A stretch of 39,620 nt of DNA from contig NC_057720.1 of the NCBI RefSeq assembly GCF_004010195.1, forward strand, positions 16,950,598 through 16,990,217. The letters run 5' to 3'. The stretch comes from Chiloscyllium plagiosum. Lineage: Eukaryota. Made by a program: the position numbers and the translations under genes. Of this stretch, positions 36,396 to 39,620 are shown in pieces (position 1 is the stretch's first letter; the number at the start of each line of letters is the position of its first letter). Below the pieces are notes generated by a model that was not told the origin of the DNA, did no database searches, and saw nothing but the letters and a program-made list of their open reading frames with translations.

Positions 36396-36519
36396 CTTCC
36401 AAATAAAACTGTTGGACTATAACCTAGTGTTGCGTGATTTTTAACTTTGTCCACCGCAGTCCAAAACTGGCACCTCCAAGTCATGGTGATTAAGACTGAA
36501 CGCACAAATGCTTGCAACT

Positions 36520-36908
36520 TCAGATCTAAGTTGACCAGCTGGGCTCAGACTGCAGATGTTGTATCTCATGAGGGAGGGAAAAGTTATCTGGACGTTTAGC
36601 TACAGGTGGTAGTCACACCCTTCAAGTGAGTCCATATAGATTATGTCTGTAATCAAGATTGGAGCAGGTGAGGTCGGTGTGGGGACCCAAGGGCTAACGT
36701 TGAACCTTGAACCCTGGATGTTCTTGCAAGCTGTGTGGACAAGAGGAGGTTCGACAGCACTATGGCACAGGGTGCTGTGGGAGGGTAATAGGTAGTAGTG
36801 GGCAGTATATTTTGCCAAATGGATACTTTGTTGCCTGGTCCAGTGCTGGGATTAGAGACATCTCCTCAGGACTGGAGAGGAACTTGGAATGGGAGGAGAG
36901 ACATCCAA
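36520..36908 (+). mobile_element. CR1 ORF1 (esterase-like) region remnant
   Basis: SAGIRDISSGLERNLEWEERHP resembles the CR1 ORF1 segment PGARV.DIS..LERNL.WEG.DP. Confidence 0.55.
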
Positions 36909-36909
36909 A

Positions 36910-39235
36910 GAATAAAGAAAATTATAGCACAGGACTAGGTCTTTTGGCGCTTCAAGCCTGCGCCAATCCAGATCCTCTATCTAAACCTGTCGCCTATTTT
37001 CTAAGGATCTGTATCGCTCTGCTCTCTGCCCATTCATGTACCTGCCTAGATTCATCTATCGCTATCTGGCCCGTCTCTACCACCTCCACTGGCAACGCAT
37101 TCCAGGCACCCACCATCCTCTGTGTAAAGAACATTCCACGCATATCTCCCTTAAACTTTTCCCTCTCAGTCTGAACTAGTGACCTCTAGTAATTGAGTCC
37201 CCCAATCTGTGGAAAGAGCTTCTTGCTATCCACCCTGTCTATACCTCTCATGATTTTGTAGACCTCAAACAGGTCCCCCCTCAACCTTTTCTTTCCAATA
37301 AAAATAGTCCTAATCTACTCAACCTCTTTTCATAGCAAGCACCCTCCATACCAGGCAACATCCTGGTGAACCTTCTGTGCACCCTCTCCAAAGCACTCAC
37401 TTTTGGTAATGTGGTGACCAGAACTGTACGTATTATTCCAAATGTGGCCGAACCAAAGTCTTATACAACTGTAGCATGACCTGCCAGCCATTGTACTCAA
37501 TCCTCCATCCGATGAAGGAAAGCATGCCATATGCCTCTTGACCATTCTATTGACCTGTGTTGCCACCTTCAGGGTATGATGGACCTGAACACCCAGATTT
37601 CTCTGTACATCAATTTTCCCTAGGACTTTTCCATTTACTGTATAGTTCTCTCTTGAATTGGATCTTCCAAAATGTATCTCTCCACATTTGCCCGGATTGA
37701 ACTCTTTCTGCCATTTCTTCGCCCAGCTCTCCAATCTATCTATACCTGTATTCTCTGACAGTCCCCTTCACTGTCTGCTGCTCCAGCAATCTTCGTGTCC
37801 TCTGCAAACTTGCTAATCAGTCCACTTATACCTTCCTTGAGATCATTTATGTATAGCACAAGCAACAGTGGTCCCAGCACAGATCCCAGTGAAACACCAC
37901 TGGTCACAGTTCTCCATTTTGAGAAGCTCCCTCCACTATTATTCTCTGTCTCCTATTAAATTTCCTACAGTGTGGAAACAGCCCTTTAGCCCAACAAGTC
38001 CACACCGACCCTCCGAAAAGTAACCCATCCAGACCCATTTCCCTCTGACTAATGCAACTAACACTATCGGCAATTTAGCATGGCCAATTCACCTGACTTG
38101 CACATCTTTGGACTGTGAGAGGAAACTGGAACACCCGGAGAAAACCATGCAGTTCTTTATCCATCCCGCTGGTATACCCTGAACCCTATGTAACTTCTCT
38201 TTCTCCATCAGCTTACCACAGGGAACCTTATTAAACACCTTACTGAAGTCCATGTATATGACATCCACAGTCCTTCCCTCATCAACTTTGTCACTTCCTC
38301 AAAGAATTCTATTAAGTTGCTAAGACATGACCTTCCCTGCACAAAACCATGTTGTCTATCACTGATAAGCCCATTTTCTTCCAAATGGGAATAGATCCTA
38401 TCCCTCAGTATCTTCTCCAGCAGCTTCCCTACTATTGATGTCAGGCTCACTGGTCTGTAATTACCTGGATTATCCCTGCTACCCTTCTTAAACAAGTGGA
38501 CAACATTAGCAATTCTCCAGTCCTCCAGGACCTCACCCATATTCAAGGATGCTGCAATGATATCTGTTAAGGCTCCAGCTATTTCATCTCTCGCTTCCCT
38601 CAGTAACCTGGAATAGATCGCACCCAGATATGGGTACTTGTCCACATTAGCGCTGGTTAGAATACCCAACACTTCCTCCCTCCTAATGCCGACTTGATCT
38701 AGAGTTTATCCCTAACACCTATCCCTAACTGCAACATTGTCATGTCCCTCTTCTCAGTGAATACTGATGCAAAATACTCATTAAGAATCTCCAATTTTCT
38801 CTGACTCCCCGCATAATTTTCCTCCTTTATCCTTTTTTGGGCCAACCTTTTTTCTGGTTACCCTCTTGCTCCTTTATATATAACTAAAAGGCTTTGTGAT
38901 TTTCCTTTACTTTGTTGCTAAAGATATTTTATGACCCCTTTTAGCTCTCTCAATTCCTCGGTTCAGCTTGGTTCTACATTCCTGATATTCTTCCAAAGCT
39001 TTGTTAGTCTTAGTCGCCTAGACCTTATGTATGCTTCCTTTTTCCTCTTAGCTAGTCTCACAATTTCACTTGTCATCCATGGTTCCCTAATCTTGCCATT
39101 TCAATCCCTCATTTTCCTAGGAACATGTCTCTCCTGCACCCTAATCAACCTCTATTTAAAAGCCTCCCACATATCTAATGTGGATTTACCTTCAAACAGC
39201 TGCTCCCAATCTACCTTCCCCAGCTCCTGCCAAAT
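36910..39235 (-). mobile_element. CR1 LINE (ORF2 RT plus 3'UTR) with a truncated HE1 nested at about 37956-38150
   Basis: EDWRIANVVHLFKKGSRDNPGNYRPVSLTSIVGKLLEKILRDRI...QHGFVQGRSCLSNLIEFFEEVT; frameshifted. Confidence 0.94.
37956..38150 (-). mobile_element. 5'-truncated HE1 V-SINE
   Basis: Reverse complement of the HE1 3' half (cacaccgaccctccgaa...cacatctttggactgtg). Confidence 0.88.
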
Positions 39236-39324
39236 TTTAAAAGAAATAACTATAGCTCAATAGTTCCCTTTATTCAACAGAAATATTGTCAATTCTGATT
39301 GTACCCTCTCCCTGGACAAACTGG

Positions 39325-39620
39325 ATGTTTAAGAAGGAAATTGAAGGGAAAGTTAGAACAAGGGAAGTCAAGAAAGACAACTGTATCAATGAAGCAGAAA
39401 ACTCAAAAAGGGGTCATGCTGGAAGGTTGAGTGAAATAGGAGTTGATGGGAAGGGTGAGGGCAGTAACAAATTAAAAATACTATATATGAATGCACGAAA
39501 CATTAGAAATAAGATGGATGAGCTTGAGTTTCTTTTGGAAATTGGCAGATACGATATTGTGGGGATAACTGAGATGTGGCTTCAAATGGACAGGGCCTGG
39601 GAAATGAATATTCAAGGATA
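39325..39620 (+). mobile_element. CR1 ORF2 N-terminus (APE endonuclease), open to the window end
   Basis: MFKKEIEGK...KLKILYMNARNIRNKMDELEFLLEIGRYDIVGITEMWLQMDRAWEMNIQG; endonuclease domain I/II motifs, no stops. Confidence 0.88.

Larger units (their letters stand above)
32109..36485. mobile_element. Penelope-like family B head-to-head inverted insertion split by a 3.6-kb CR1
   Basis: Minus arm 32109-32285 resumes at 35888 (taaaa|ctttcatctt) and continues to about 36257. Plus arm about 36258-36485 is its reverse complement. Flanks GTGATT(C/A)AGA at 32099-32108 and 36486-36495. Confidence 0.8.

Overview
Vertebrate genomic DNA, almost certainly a shark (abundant HE1 V-SINEs and elasmobranch-type CR1 LINEs; the taxon is inferred). 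The window lies inside the CDC7 kinase gene on the + strand. Seven consecutive internal coding exons (2656-2791, 13484-13577, 13678-13820, 14315-14549, 22906-22992, 25384-25559, 30265-30347; 954 nt) have AG/GT boundaries and compatible phases. They run from the Gly-rich loop (GTFSSVY) through [11 protein letters not shown], kinase insert 2 with its Cys zinc-binding motif, and [11 protein letters not shown]. The first and last exons lie outside the window. The introns are mostly decayed, often nested retroelements: CR1, L2, Rex1, RTE, a Crack/L2-group LINE, HE1 and other tRNA-SINEs. The most notable signal is a set of short Penelope-like (PLE) insertions from about five different sequence families. 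Each carries a minimal type-I hammerhead ribozyme motif (CUGANGA-stem II-GAAA-palindromic ACGU/AGCU stem III-UH). Most have head-to-head inverted structure and 10-14 bp target-site duplications, and several are in sense orientation within the CDC7 pre-mRNA. Almost all ORFs in the supplied track are retroelement debris. Repeat boundaries were read by eye and are approximate unless defined by a TSD.
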